64,000 nt of DNA from assembly GCA_965287045.1 (NCBI GenBank), contig OZ336870.1:150660001-150724000 (forward strand), read 5' to 3'. The notes below the pieces were generated by a model that did no database searches, was not told where the DNA came from, and saw only the letters and a program-made list of their open reading frames with translations. Below are positions 1 through 12,342 of this stretch, one piece after another; the first letter of the stretch is position 1; each line of letters begins with the position of its first letter. The translations under genes were made by a program, and so were the position numbers. This DNA is from Carcharhinus amblyrhynchos (Eukaryota).

Positions 1-1530
1 AAATGTTAGAATCTGTCATCAAGGAGGAAATAGCAAGGCATCTTGAGGGGAATTGCTTGATAGAGCAGACGCAGCACGGTTTCGTTAAGGGGAAGTCGTG
101 TCTGACAAATTTATTGGAGTTCTATGAGGATGTGTCTAGGGCGGTGGATAGAGGAGAGCCGGTGGATGTGGTCTTTCTTGATTTTCAGAAGGCGTTTGAC
201 AAGGTACCTCACAAGAGGTTATTGCAGAAGGTAAGGGGGCATGGAGTTGGGGGTAGGGTGTTAGCGTGGATAGAGGATTGGTTGTCAAATAGGAGGCAGA
301 GAGTGGGGGTTAATGGGTGCTATTCGGATTGGCGGTTGGTGACTAGTGGAGTGCCCCAGGGGTCGGTGCTGGGGCCTCAGCTATTTCCCATTTATATAGA
401 TGATCTGGAGGAGGGAACCGAGTGCATGGTGTCGAAATTTGCTGATGACACCAAGATTGGTGGAACAGCAAATTGCGCAGAGGGTATGGAGAGTCTGCAG
501 AAGGATCTAGATAGGCTGGGTGAATGGGCCAGGAACTGGCAAATGGAATTTAATGTTGGCAAGTGCGAGGTGGTCCACTTTGGTAGGAATAATGGTAGGA
601 AGGACTATTTCTTACGTGGCAAAAAACTGCAGCAGGCGACGGTGCAGAGGGACCTCGGGGTCCTTGTGCATGAGTCGCAAAAACCCAGCCTGCAGGTGCA
701 GCAGGTGGTCAGGAAGGCTAATGGGATGCTGGCCTTCATAGCGAGGGGGATTGAATATAAAAGTAGGGAGGTCTTGCTGCAGCTGTATAGGGCATTGGTG
801 AGGCCGCAGCTGGAGTACTGTGTGCAGTTTTGGTCGCCGTACTTACGCAAGGATATTTTGGCCTTGGAGGGAGTGCAGAGGAGGTTTACTAGGCTGATAC
901 CGGAGTTGAGGGGGTTGAGCTATGAGGAGAGGCTGAATAAAATTGACACTATTTCTTCCCTGAATCTGACTGAGTAGGGTTCCATTCGTAGACATGCAGG
1001 GTAGAATAGGTGTAGGGTGATGCGGCGGCGTGGGCTCGTTGGGCCGAAGGGCCTGTTTCCCGTGCTGGGTTGTTCTTTGTTCTTTGTTCTAAACTAGGCT
1101 TGTACTCGTTAGAGTTTAGAAGAATGAGGGGAGATCTCATTGAGACATATAAGATGATGAATGGGATGGATAGGATAGAGGTGGAGAGACTCTTCCCGCT
1201 CAGAAAGGACAGTAGGACTAGGGGGCACAGTCTCAAGATAAAGGGGGAGTGGTTTAGAACGGAGTTGAGGAGGAACTTCTTCACTCAAAGGGTGGTGAAT
1301 CTCTGGAATTCTCTGCCCGTTGAGGTGGTGGAGGCTGCCTCGCTAAATATTTTTAAGATGCGGGTTGATGGGTTTTTGATAAGCGAGGGGATTAAGGGTT
1401 ATGGGGAGAGGGCGGGAATGTGGAACTGAGCCATGACAGATCAGCCATGATCTTATTGAATGGCGGGGCAGGCTCGAAGGGCTAGATGGCCTACTCCTGC
1501 TCCTATTTCTTATGTTCTTATGTTCTTATG
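1..1530 (+). mobile_element. Young CR1-clade LINE (family A), 3' part of ORF2 reverse transcriptase plus 3' tail, interrupted at ~941-1090
   Basis: ORFs 3..977 and 1070..1429 contain QHGF..GKSCLTNL, DFQKAFDKVPH, SGVPQGSVLGP and KFADDTK, then ELRRNFFTQRVVNLWNSLP. Ends in (TTCTTATG)n at ~1506-1530. Confidence 0.97.
941..1090 (+). mobile_element. 5'-truncated ~150-bp retro-insertion (3' end of the family seen at 59425-59757) inside the CR1 RT
   Basis: Splits the GAATAAACTAGG seen intact in other copies. Ends in GGGCCGAAGGGCCTGTTTCCCGTGCTGGGTTG(TTCTTTG)n. Similar to 59596-59757. Confidence 0.85.
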
Positions 1531-1534
1531 TGTC

Positions 1535-1900
1535 TTCAACATGTCAGTGGTCTGCTCAATTAAGGAGTGTGTTGCGGATTGAGTTACATTGTACCTCTCT
1601 TCTGATGTGCTCTGTGGCTATTCAGTGAGTGTCATCAGCCATGCCATTTGAGGGTTGTCTTTGTCACTGATGATCCAACCAAGAATATGCTGAGGGCCCT
1701 TGAAGATCTGTGGTGCCTACAAGTGACTCAACATGTAAGTATCATGTGAGCTTCCAAGGTACCTTGAAAAGACCTACATAATCTGCTTTCAGTGATCACA
1801 GAGCAGCTGCATGTTGAGAGATTAGAAACTCTTATAATTGATGATTAAAGATTAAAAAGGAGCGGGCCAATGATCTGTTTGACAGACAGTTTCATCATAC
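1535..1900 (-). mobile_element. Degenerate PIF/Harbinger DDE transposase fragment
   Basis: Minus-strand translation INYKSF*SLNMQLLCDH*KQIM*VFSRYLGSSHD resembles the HARBI1-type motif N.KGFHS.N.Q.VCD...A.YPGS.HD. Confidence 0.75.
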
Positions 1901-2687
1901 GTCTAAATGGGGACAAGGAGAACCCACAAGTCGAGAACTGAATAGTGAGGGTGATGTCTCAGCTGATCGAAGAGTCATTAGGGAGTATGGTAGGAGCCGA
2001 ATGTCCACTTGGAGGAAATAATGTTCCAGGAGACACGAAATGGATGAAGGGAATGCTTGTGATGCAATATTCTGTTCGATCAATGGCTTTATGGTGAATT
2101 TAATTGGGGAAGTGGAAATATCCAAATAGACCAAGGAAGAATGAGAGTGGTGCCTCACTTGGGGAGCCCATGCCCCTGGCTGTCTGAAACTTTGTTTCCA
2201 TATTTAGAAGAGGGATTCCAGGAAAGTCCCTGAACAGCTACACCCTTGATGAGGAAACTACTTTGCCCAATTTTAAATCAAAAGGAACCTACACTGCTGC
2301 TAGTAAAATACAAAAGATCATGTATCAACTGATTCAAAAACAGCTTCTTCCCTGCTTCCATTGGACTTTTGAATAGACCTACTTCATATTAAGTTAATCT
2401 TTCTCTACATCCTAGCCAAGACTGTAATATTACGTTCTATACGCTTTCTGCCTTTCTGAATTTGGAGGCAGACGAGGAAGGTGGTGATTGATTCCACTGA
2501 CCATTTCATCACAAATTTAACTGTGGAGCAGAAAAGTTTCCAAATTGGCACTGTGGGATTGAGGGTGATGCCTCACCCAGATGAAAAGCCACCTGGAGAT
2601 AAAGCAAAAACTGAACCTCCGCCTGAGGGCAGCATATGGGTCAGATTGGGTGAAGATCCTCTCCTAAAAGAAAGGAGAGTCAATTTT

Positions 2688-3570
2688 CAAGTTTGCTGAT
2701 GACACCACCATAGTGGGTCAGATCTCAAACAACGATGAGACAGACTACAGGAAAGAGATAGAAAATCTGATGAATTTGTGCAATGACAATAATCTCTCCC
2801 TCAATGTCAACAGAATGAAGGAGATAGTCATCAACTTCAGGAAACATAATGGAGGATGTGCCCCTGTCTAAATCAATGGAGATGAAGTGGAAATGGTCGA
2901 GAGCTCCATGTTTCCAGGTGTCCAGATCACCAAATACCTGTCCTGGACCCCCCATGCCAACATAATAGTTAAGAAAGCTCATCAATGCTTCTACTTTCTC
3001 AGGAGGTGAAGAATATTCAGCATGTCAGCTACGACTCTCATCAACCTTTACAACTGCACCATAGAAAGCATCCTTTCTGGTTGTATCACAGCTTGGTATA
3101 GCTCCTGCTCTGTCTAAGACCACAAGAAACTGCACAGGATCATGAACAATGCCCAGTCCATCATGTAAACCAGCCTCCCATCCATTGACTCTGCTTGTAC
3201 TTCCCACTGCCTCAGAAAAGCAGCCAGCACAATCAAGGACTCCAAGGACCCGGACATTCTCTCTTCCCACTTCCATTGGGAAAAAAATACAAAAGATCAT
3301 GTACCAACTGATTCAAAAACAGCTTCTTCCCTGTTTCCATCAGACTTTTGAATAGACCTACTTCATATTAAGTTAATCTTTCTCTACACCCTAGCCAAGA
3401 CATTGCTATGTTAATCTTTCTCTACACCCTAGCCAGAATGTAACATTACATTCTGTACTATCTCCTTTCCTTCCCTATGTATTGTTTGCTTTGTCTATAT
3501 AGTGCAAGGAACAATACTTTTCACTGTCTACTAATACATGTGACAATAATAAATCAAATTGAATCAAAGT
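2688..3570 (+). mobile_element. Decayed Rex1/Babar (L2-group) LINE 3' end
   Basis: FADDTTIVGQISNNDETDYRKEI..., NLSLNVNRMKEIVINFRK, then a 3' UTR ending AATAAATCAAATTGAATCAAA. Confidence 0.85.
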
Positions 3571-4230
3571 CTACCCCGAAGAAGATGAAGCGTGCAGAAA
3601 TCCTGGGGAAAATTGCAGGAAAACTCTGATAAACCAAGTGTAACCAAACAAGCTATAGACCTTGACCAGGACTATGTTGATGAAGGATTCACTGAAAGCA
3701 AAATGTTGGAATCAGAATCCCTACAGGAGGTGGAAATCAGAGCAAAATCCACAAATCTCCTAGAGCAATCAGACCTTTAAAAGTCCTTGGGTTTGAACCA
3801 GCCAATTCATTGGTCAAACAGGTAGGCAAATAATTAAGCCTGATTGGAACAGCTCATTGGGTTTCCCAATCTGCAGTGGCAGGCACATGTGGAAGGTCCT
3901 GTAGGAAATTCATGCTGGCATAAAACCAATTTCTGGACTCCCGCCAAATTCTCTGCCCACTTGCTTTTGAACCCCCTCCAATGGCATGGGAGAACTCCGC
4001 CTCACATTTAAGAAACCATATACTTGCATTCTAGGCAGTACAGTGAAGGTTTATTGATCTCTTGGATGAGAAAGTTGTCCTATGAGAGGCTAAGTAAATT
4101 GGGTCAAAATATTCTCTGGAGTTTCAAAGAAGGAAAGATTATCTCACTGAAATATTTATGATTATGAGGGATCTTGACAGGGTAGATACTGAGATGTTGT
4201 TTCTTCTAACTGCAGAATCTAGAACAAGGG

Positions 4231-6590
4231 TACTTACGTGGCGAAAAACTGCAGCAGGCAACGGTGCAGAGGGACCTTGGGGTCCTTGTGCATGAGTCGC
4301 AAAAACCTAGCCTGCAGGTGCAGCAGGTGGTCAGGAAGGCGAATGGGATGCTGGCCTTCATAGCAAGGGGGATTGATTGTGGACAAGTCCCCAGGACTGG
4401 ATGGAATGCATCCGAGGGTTCTGAAAGAAATGGCGGAGGTTATAGTGGATGCATTGGTGGTTATTTTCCAGACGTCGCTGGATTCCGGGGAAGTGCCGGA
4501 AGATTGGAAAACGGCTAATGTTACGCCGTTGTTTGAGAAGGGTGCCAGGCAAAAGGCGGGGAATTATAGGCCGGTTAGTTTAACGTCTGTGGTAGGTAAA
4601 ATGTTAGAATCCGTCATTAAGGAGGAAATTGCGAGGCACCTTGAAGGCAATTGCTTGATAGAGCAGACGCAGCACGGTTTCATTAAAGGGAAGTCGTGTC
4701 TGACAAATTTACTGGAGTTCTATGAGGATGTGTCTAGGGCGGTCGATAGAGGAGAGCCGGTGGATGTGGTCTTTCTGGATTTTCAGAAGGCGTTTGACAA
4801 GGTACCTCATAAGAGGTTATTGCAGAAGGTCAGGGGACTTGGAGTTGGGGGTAGGGTGTTAGCGTGGATAGAGGATTGGTTGTCAAATAGGAGGCAGAGA
4901 GTGGGGGTCAACGGGTGCTATTCGGATTGGCGGATGGTGACTAGTGGAGTGCCCCAGGGGTCGGTGCTGGGGCCTCAGCTTTTTACCATTTATATAGATG
5001 ATCTGGAGGAGGGAACCGAGTGTAGGGTGTCGAAATTTGCGGATGACACCAAGATTGGGGGAAGGGCAAATTGTGCGGAGGGTGTGGAGAGTCTGCAGAA
5101 GGATCTAGATAGGCTGGGCGAATGGGCCAGGAAATGGCAAATGGAATTTAATGTTGGCAAGTGTGAGGTGGTCCACTTTGGTAGGAAGAATGGTAGGAAG
5201 GACTATTACTTACGGGGCGAAAAACTGCAGCAGGCGACGGTGCAGAGGGACCTCGGGGTCCTTGCGCATGAGTCGCAAAAACCCAGCTTGCAGGTGCAGC
5301 AGGTGGTCAGGAAGGCGAATGGGATGCTGGCCTTCATAGCGAGGGGGATTGAATATAAAAGTAGGGAGGTCTTGCTGCAGCTGTATAGGGCATTGGTGAG
5401 GCCGCAGCTGGAGTACTGTGTGCAGTTTTGGGCGCCGCACCTGCGCAAGGATATTTTGGCCTTGGAGGGAGTGCAGAGGAGGTTTACTAGGCTGATACCG
5501 GAGTTGAGGGGGTTGAACTATGAGGAGAGGCTGAATAAACTAGGCTTGTACTCGTTGGAGTTTAGAAGAATGAGGGGAGATCTCATTGAGATGTATAAGA
5601 TGATGAATGGGATGGATAGGATAGAGGTGGAGAGACTCTTCCCACTGAAAAAAGACAGTAGGACTAGGGGGCACAGCCTCAAGATAAAGGGGGGGCGTTT
5701 TAGAACGGAGTTGAGGAGGAACTTCTTCACTCAAAGGGTGGTGAATCTCTGGAATTCTCTACCCATTGAAGTGGTGGAGGCTGCCTTGCTAAATATTTTC
5801 AAGAAGCGGGTTGATGGGTTTTGATAAGAGAGGGGATTAAGGGTTATGGGGAGAGGGCCAGAAAGTGGAACTGAGCCACGACAGATCAGCCATGATCTTA
5901 TTGAATGGCGGGGCAGGCTCGAAGGGCCAGATGGCCTACTCCTGCTCCTATTTCTTATGTTCTTATGAATATAAAAGTAGGGAGGTCTTGCTGCAGCTGT
6001 ATAGGGCATTGGTGAGGCCGCAGCTGGAGTACTGTGTGCAGTTTTGGTCGCCGTACTTACGCAAGGATATTTTGGCCTTGGAGGGAGTGCAGAGGAGGTT
6101 TACTAGGCTGATACCGGAGTTGAGGGGGTTGAGCTATGAGGAGAGGCTGAATAAACTAGGCTTGTACTCGTTAGAGTTTAGAAGAATGAGGGGAGATCTC
6201 ATTGAGACATATAAGATGATGAATGGGATGGATAGGATAGAGGTGGAGTGACTCTTCCCGCTCAGAAAGGACAGTAGGACTAGGGGGCACAGCCTCAAGA
6301 TAAAGGGGGGGCAGTTTAGAACGGAGTTGAGGAGGAACTTCTTCACTCAAAGGGTGGTGAATCTCTGGAATTCTCTGCCCCTTGAAGTGGTGGAGGCTGC
6401 CTCGCTAAATATTTTTAAGACACGGGTTGATGGGTTTTTGATAAGTGAGGGGTTAAGGGTTATGGGGAGAGGGCAGGAATGTGGAACTGAGCCACGACAG
6501 ATCAGCCATGATCTTATTGAATGGCGGGGCAGGCTCGAAGGGCTAGATGGCCTACTCCTGCTCCTATTTCTTATGTTCTTATGTTCTTAT
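4231..6590 (+). mobile_element. 5'-truncated CR1 family A copy (4231-4375 joined to 5966-6590) hosting a nested copy
   Basis: Sequence stops at ...GCAAGGGGGATTG and resumes at AATATAAAAGTAGGG, contiguous in other copies. Tail (TTCTTATG)n at ~6567-6590. Confidence 0.9.
4373..5824 (+). CDS. CR1 ORF2 reverse transcriptase domain (483 aa open frame) of the nested 5'-truncated copy 4376-5967
   Basis: Uninterrupted non-LTR RT motifs from KSPGLDG to FADD to LWNSLP. A 1-nt deletion at ~5820 gives an early stop relative to sister copies. No endonuclease domain. Confidence 0.92.
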   Translation: MIVDKSPGLDGMHPRVLKEMAEVIVDALVVIFQTSLDSGEVPEDWKTANVTPLFEKGARQKAGNYRPVSLTSVVGKMLESVIKEEIARHLEGNCLIEQTQHGFIKGKSCLTNLLEFYEDVSRAVDRGEPVDVVFLDFQKAFDKVPHKRLLQKVRGLGVGGRVLAWIEDWLSNRRQRVGVNGCYSDWRMVTSGVPQGSVLGPQLFTIYIDDLEEGTECRVSKFADDTKIGGRANCAEGVESLQKDLDRLGEWARKWQMEFNVGKCEVVHFGRKNGRKDYYLRGEKLQQATVQRDLGVLAHESQKPSLQVQQVVRKANGMLAFIARGIEYKSREVLLQLYRALVRPQLEYCVQFWAPHLRKDILALEGVQRRFTRLIPELRGLNYEERLNKLGLYSLEFRRMRGDLIEMYKMMNGMDRIEVERLFPLKKDSRTRGHSLKIKGGRFRTELRRNFFTQRVVNLWNSLPIEVVEAALLNIFKKRVDGF

Positions 6591-6663
6591 GATAGGGGGC
6601 CATCATTTAGGACTGGGATGAGGAGAAATGTGAGGTGAAGCTCACATGATTCTATGATTCTAT

Positions 6664-6886
6664 GTGATTTGGAAGATCTACCGTAGTAGGAAAGTATACA
6701 GTAAATGGTAGAGCCCTTAGAAATACTAGTATACAGAGGGATCTAGGCATGCAGATCCACTGTTCCCTGAAGGTGGCAACTTAGGTGGGCAAGGTGGTCA
6801 AGAAGGCATCTGGCATGCTGGCCTTCATTGGGCAGGGCATTGTGTACAGGAATTGGAAAATCATGTGGCAGCTATATAAGACTTTG
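6664..6886 (+). mobile_element. CR1 internal fragment, inverted near-copy of 7705-7927
   Basis: The reverse complement aligns closely with part of the minus-strand CR1, including the GCAACTTAGGTGGGC in-frame stop. Confidence 0.8.
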
Positions 6887-7146
6887 GCTGTGAATGTTTA
6901 AAATTCTTTATCTTAGGGGGTTGTGAATCTTTGGATTACAAGTTCAATGACAATACCACTACACCATTGCCTACCCTGCAATATATCATTATTGAATATA
7001 TTCAAGGTTGAAATAAATTTTTGTTGTCTCAGGGAATCGAAGGATATGGGGGCTGATAAGTGAGAAGGCGGATCCGAAGTTGGCAATCAGTCACATTGAA
7101 TGACAGAGCAGGCTCAATATTTGTATGATCTACCGTTCCTATTTCA

Positions 7147-9020
7147 AAGAACAAAGAACAGTACTGCACAGGAACAGGCCCTTCAGCCCACCAAGTCTGT
7201 ACCGACACAGATGCCTCTCTAATCTAATACTTTCTTGCCGCTACATTGTTCATATCCCTCTATTCCCTGCCTATCATGTATCTATCCAGATGCCTCTTGA
7301 ATTTTGTTATAGAATCTGCTTCCACCGTCTCCTCTGGCAGCACATTCCAGACAACCACCAACCACTGTGTGAAAAACCTGTCCCTTACATCTCTTTTACA
7401 CTTTCCCCCTCTTACTTTCAACTTATACCTCCACATAACTGACTTTTCGATGCTGGGAAAAAGACTTTTTCTATGCACTCTATCTAAGCCCGTCATAATT
7501 TTATAAATCTCTATCAGGTCCCCTCTCATTCCCCAATGCTCCAATGGGAACAATCTGAGTTTATACAACCTTTCTTCATAGTCCATATTTTCTAAATTAG
7601 GCAACATCCTGATAAATCTCTTCTGCATCTTTTCAGATGCATCAACATCCGTCCGGTATTGTGGCGACCGGAATTGTACACAATACTCAAAATGCAGCCT
7701 AATCAAAGTCTTATACAGTTGCAACATGATTTTCAAATTCCTGTACTCAGTGCCCCGACTGATGAAGGCCAGCATGCCATATGCCTTCTTGACCACCTTG
7801 CCCACCTAAGTTGCCACCTTCAGGGAACAGTGGATCTGCATGTCTAGATCCCTCTGTATGCTAATATTTCTAAGGGCTGTACCATTTACTGTATACTTTC
7901 CTTCTGCAGTAGACCTTCCAAATCGCATTACCTCAGATTTGTCCAGATTAAATTCCATCTGCCATCTTTTGGCCCAGGTTTTCAGCGGATTTATATCCTG
8001 CTGTATCCTCTGACAATCCTCTTCCCTATCCACTACTCCCCCAGTTTTTGTAGCATTTGCACATTTACTAATCAGACCAAATCATTTCTTCCAAATCATT
8101 TATACATGTTAAAAACAAGAGGCCCCAGCACTGATCCTTTGGAACACCGCTTGTCACAGACCTCCAGTTCGAAAAGTAACCTTCCACTGCTACATTCTGC
8201 TTTCTATGCTCAAGCTAGTTTTGTATCCCTCTTACCAGCTCACCTTGGATCCCATATCACTTCACCTTCTGTATCAGCCTGTCATGACGAATCTTACCAA
8301 CGGCTTTACTAAAGCCCATGTATACAACATCCACTGTCGTCCCCTGGTCAATTTTTCTTGTCACTTCCTCAAAGAATTCTATCAAGTTTGTGAGACACGA
8401 TCTCCCCTTCACAAAACCATGCTGCCCTTCGCTATTAAGCCTGTTCTCTTCCAGATTTGAATACATCCTGTCCCCAAAAATCTTCTCCAATAATTTGCTC
8501 ACCACTGATGTGAGACTCACAGGCCTGTACTTTCCCAGATTGTCTTGTCTGCCCTTCTTAAACAGAGGAACGATGTTAGCTATTCTCCAATCCTCTGGCG
8601 CTTCGCTCGTGGCTAAAGAAGATACAAAGATTTTGGTTAAGGCCTCAGCAATTTCTTCCCTTGCCTCTCTCAGTATTCTGGGGTAGATTGTATCTGGCCC
8701 TGGGCACTTGTCCACCTTAATGTTTTTCAAAATCTTCAATACCTCTTTCCTTTTTATTTCAATATGTTCTAGAATGTCAACATCCTCCTTTTTACCATCC
8801 ATCCATCACATCCTTCTCCTTTGTGAATACTGATGCAAAATACTCATTAAGGACCTCACCCACTTCATCTGGCTCCACACACAAATTCCCTCCACTGTCT
8901 TTAATTGGATTGACCGTTTCCTTAGTTACCCTCTTCCTCCTTATATATGCATAAAAAGCCTTGGGATTCTCCTTGATCCTGCCTGCCAAGGACATTTCGT
9001 GGCTCCTTTTTTTTCTTGAG
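7147..9020 (-). mobile_element. CR1 LINE family B, disrupted ORF2 with tail
   Basis: Minus ORFs 8257..8802, 7806..8033 and 7260..7805 carry RT motifs. The tail reads AAAGAACAAAGAACA on plus at 7147. Confidence 0.93.
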
Positions 9021-9029
9021 GTATCAGTT

Positions 9030-9720
9030 ATAAGAACATAATTTCTTATGTTCATAACTGACCCCTTATTCTGAGTCTGTGACTTGTGTTCTAGATTCCC
9101 CAGACAGGGACAACATTTTTTCATCATCTACCCTGTTAAGCCCCTTAAGAACTTTATGTGTTCCCATTAGATCATCTCTCATTCTTCTAAGCTTCAGGGA
9201 TATATGTCTAGGCTACTTTATCATTGTAGGACAATTCCCTAATCCCAGAAACCAGTTTTGCAAACTTTCATTCCCTCTTGGGCGACTGTATCCTTCTTTT
9301 GGTAAGGTAACCAAAACTGTATGCACTATGCCATGGGTGTCCTCCCTGTATAATTGTAGTAACACAGTGAAAAGTCTGACAACACCAGGTTTTATTTTGT
9401 AGTAAGACTTCTTTACTCTTGTACTTAATTGTTGTACCTACTTGTTAACTTTATGTGATTCATGTGTTTCCTTTGAATGCAAACATTGTCTCCCTATTCA
9501 AAAATGTTCAGCTTTTTTAATTTCTTTACCAAAATGGATAACTTCACACATTATATTCCATCTGCGATGTTCTTGCCCACTCACCCAGCCTATCTATATG
9601 TATCTGCAGCTTCTTTGTGTCCTCCTCAATACTTACAGTACTTTCTCAACTAATTTTGTATTGTCAGCAAACTTGGATGCATTACATTCAGTTCCCTTTT
9701 CCACATCATTGTAGATTGTA
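9030..9720 (-). mobile_element. Old decayed CR1 fragments
   Basis: Degenerate KFADNTK and CR1 C-terminal motifs on minus. Confidence 0.65.
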
Positions 9721-10412
9721 AACTCACAGTTCCAACTAGTTTTCCTATGAATCCCATCTTTCTCAGCCTTTGGGGCCTGTTATATATTCTTCACTAACAA
9801 TTCATTTACTAATTATCTTAGTATTTTGTCTATTAATTGTGAATAATTGCCTTTATACAATCCAGTTGGTAGCTTAAGCTCATGTTTAATGCAACTGATG
9901 CTAATTGATGTATAATACATTTCCTGATTCAATTACTTCTAGCCCATTAACCCTTTTGTTGGACTGGGCAGTTTTTTCCTTCAGATTGTGTTTTTATGTC
10001 TTTATATAGTAGTTTTTTCTCTGAGGAAGAAGTATCATGCCTTCTATCCCTCTTCCATCATCACAACCGATGCCTTCTTGTTTGCTTTCTGTATGTCATG
10101 AACATGATTGGAGGAAAGCTCTTGATTTGAAATACTACACAGAGGCGAGATGCTAAGAGATTCTGATACATTCTTGATTCTCTTTACAGACTCACTGCTT
10201 TATGTGTCTTTAATACTTTTTCCTTTATATTTTGTCAGTTTTCTGTCTTATGTTTTAATTCTACTAATCACTTGTAGCCACATATTTCAATTCCACACCC
10301 ACAGCAAGGCATGCATTACTTACCTTGGGCATAATCCTTGTGTTTTTAATATTGGTTTTGATAATCAAATATTTAAACATTTTATTAAATGCAGGTGTTT
10401 TCAGTGACACAT

Positions 10413-10560
10413 AATCATAGAATTCCGATAGTGCAGAAGGGGTCATTCGGCCCGTTGAATCTACACTGACTGACAGAGTATCTTTTACCAGGCCTTCTAC
10501 CACACTATCCCGGTAACCACACACATATACCATAGCTAATCCATCTAATATACACATCTA
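10413..10560 (-). mobile_element. HE1-like SINE 3' part
   Basis: Reverse complement of the SINE 3' region with the CTATGATT tail. Confidence 0.7.
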
Positions 10561-10633
10561 ATTTATAAATGGAATGTATTTTTATTATTAATTTTGTTTT
10601 ATGTAATTAAGTTTTAATATTTTTCAAAAGTTA

Positions 10634-11165
10634 TGTAAGGATATTTTGGCCCTGGAGGGAGTGCAGAGGAGGTTTACTAGGCTGATACCGGAGTTGAGGG
10701 GGTTGAGCTATGAGGAGAGACTGAATAAACTAGGCTTGTACTCGCTAGAGTTTAGAAGAATGAGGGGAGATCTCATTGAGACGTATAAGATGATGAATGG
10801 GATGGATAGGATAGAGGTGGAGAGACTCTTCCCGCTCAAAAAAGACAGTAGGACTAGGGGGCACAGCCTCAAGATAAAGGGGAGGAGGTTTAGAACGGAG
10901 TTGAGGAGGAACTTCTTCACTCAAAGGGTGGTGAATCTCTGGAATTCTCTGCCCGTTGAAGTGGTGGAGGCTGCCTCGCTAAATATTTTTAAGAAGCGGG
11001 TTGATGGGTTTTTGATAAGAGAGGGGATTAAGGGTTATGGGGAGAGGGCGGGAAAGTGGAACTGAGCCACAACAGATCAGCCATGATCTTATTGAATGGC
11101 GGGGCAGGCTCGAAGGGCTAGATGGCCTACTCCTGCTCCTATTTCTTATGTTCTTATGTTCTTAT
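10634..11165 (+). mobile_element. 5'-truncated CR1 family A
   Basis: ORF 10646..11065 nearly identical to other family A C-termini. (TTCTTATG)n tail. Confidence 0.95.
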
Positions 11166-11378
11166 TGTTAACTCAATGAAGCTAGACACATCTTGTGTTT
11201 AAATAATCATCAAGGTTCATACTTGGCAAAATAATAGTTAATATTACTTATCAACAAAAGATATTTTAACTCCTGTGCAGATTTATAAGAAAACAGAGCA
11301 AAACATTTGTCATATGCTATTGTGTCACTCCATGTAAATTTAAGAAAACTTCCCCAATTGAAAAAGAACCAAACGTAC

Positions 11379-11508
11379 CTTTAAAACTTAAACAATGTTT
11401 TCCAATACAAATACATTCAGAAAAATAATTAGCTTCTCCTTTTCTTCCAATTTTCAAAACATGAACCATAAAATTACCAAAATGATTCCATTTCTTTGAA
11501 TTAGGCAT
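11379..11508 (-). pseudogene. Pseudo-exon (open, 130 nt) MPNSKKWNHFGNFMVHVLKIGRKGEANYFSECICIGKHCLSFK
   Basis: ttttaatAG acceptor and AAG|GTACGT donor. Only one frame is open. Confidence 0.7.
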
Positions 11509-11589
11509 CTATTAAAAACCATAGAAATTGTTACTAACACCTCTGTCTCTTGTCCAGTGCCAGTATGCCCTTTTCTTATCAAACTATTT

Positions 11590-11959
11590 TTGCTATATTC
11601 AAACTGGACACAAAAAGCTGAAAATGTTGTTGCGTGAGCTCATCTGACTTCTTTTGAGGTTTGAACCCACTCCCCTGTCTCAAGAAGGAACAAAAGGAAC
11701 ATTCCAGACTGATGTAAATCAAAGCCGTTTCCTGAAACCAATTCAATAGGGTATTATCAGCTTGAATAGGTCATTCAAAAACAAAGGCACTGACTGTCTC
11801 AAACCCTCAAGGTGTTAAACCACAACACAAGATTTTGGAATTAACATAAGCACCACCATTATCTGGAAAAGAACTTGGACTTTCAGAAATTCACACGATG
11901 AGACATCCATGTTTGCTTTTCAAAAATTAGCACAAAGTATTTGCAGGCAGATTTCAGTT
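11590..11959 (-). pseudogene. Pseudo-exon ...ISESPSSFPDNGGAYVNSKILCCGLTP*GFETVSAFVFE*PIQADNTLLNWFQETAL...
   Basis: ccttacAG acceptor. Long frame with three TGA stops. Confidence 0.55.
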
Positions 11960-12157
11960 CTGTAAGGTGTAGTGGTGGCAGAAGGCTACTGTTACTGGAG
12001 GTATAAGAAACATAAGAACATAAGAAATTTTGAGTGAAGAAGTTCCTCCTCAACTCCGTTCTAAACCGCCCCCCTTTTATCTTTAGGCTGTGCCTAAATA
12101 TTTAGGTATTCCAGAGGCTCAGGAAAATGATCTGGAGACACTGGTTTGAATCTATCA

Positions 12158-12342
12158 TTGTAAGAAGTCTCACAACACCAGGTTAAAGTCCAACAGGTTC
12201 ATTTGATAGTAAACTCACAAGCTTTTGGGGTTTGCCCCTTCATCAGGTGAATGGAGAGTTCTGGCCCCAGACAGAGTTAACGTGATGTTGTGAGACTTCT
12301 TACTGTGTTTACCCCAGTCCAACGCTGGCATCTCCACATCAC
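12158..12342. repeat. Penelope/retrozyme-type repeat, inverted plus direct pieces, with a degenerate hammerhead on minus (~12213-12250)
   Basis: Similar to the 174-bp unit at 36021. Minus strand reads CAC-CTGATGA-A-GGGG-CAAA-CCCC-AAAA-GCTT-GTG. Confidence 0.8.

Larger units (their letters stand above)
4030..7145 (+). mobile_element. Old CR1 3' fragment split by younger insertions (pieces ~4030-4230, ~6590-6630, ~6905-7145)
   Basis: Degenerate YERLSKLG...SRTRG continues after 6590 as RGPSFRTGMRRN, then a CR1-type 3' UTR. Confidence 0.65.
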
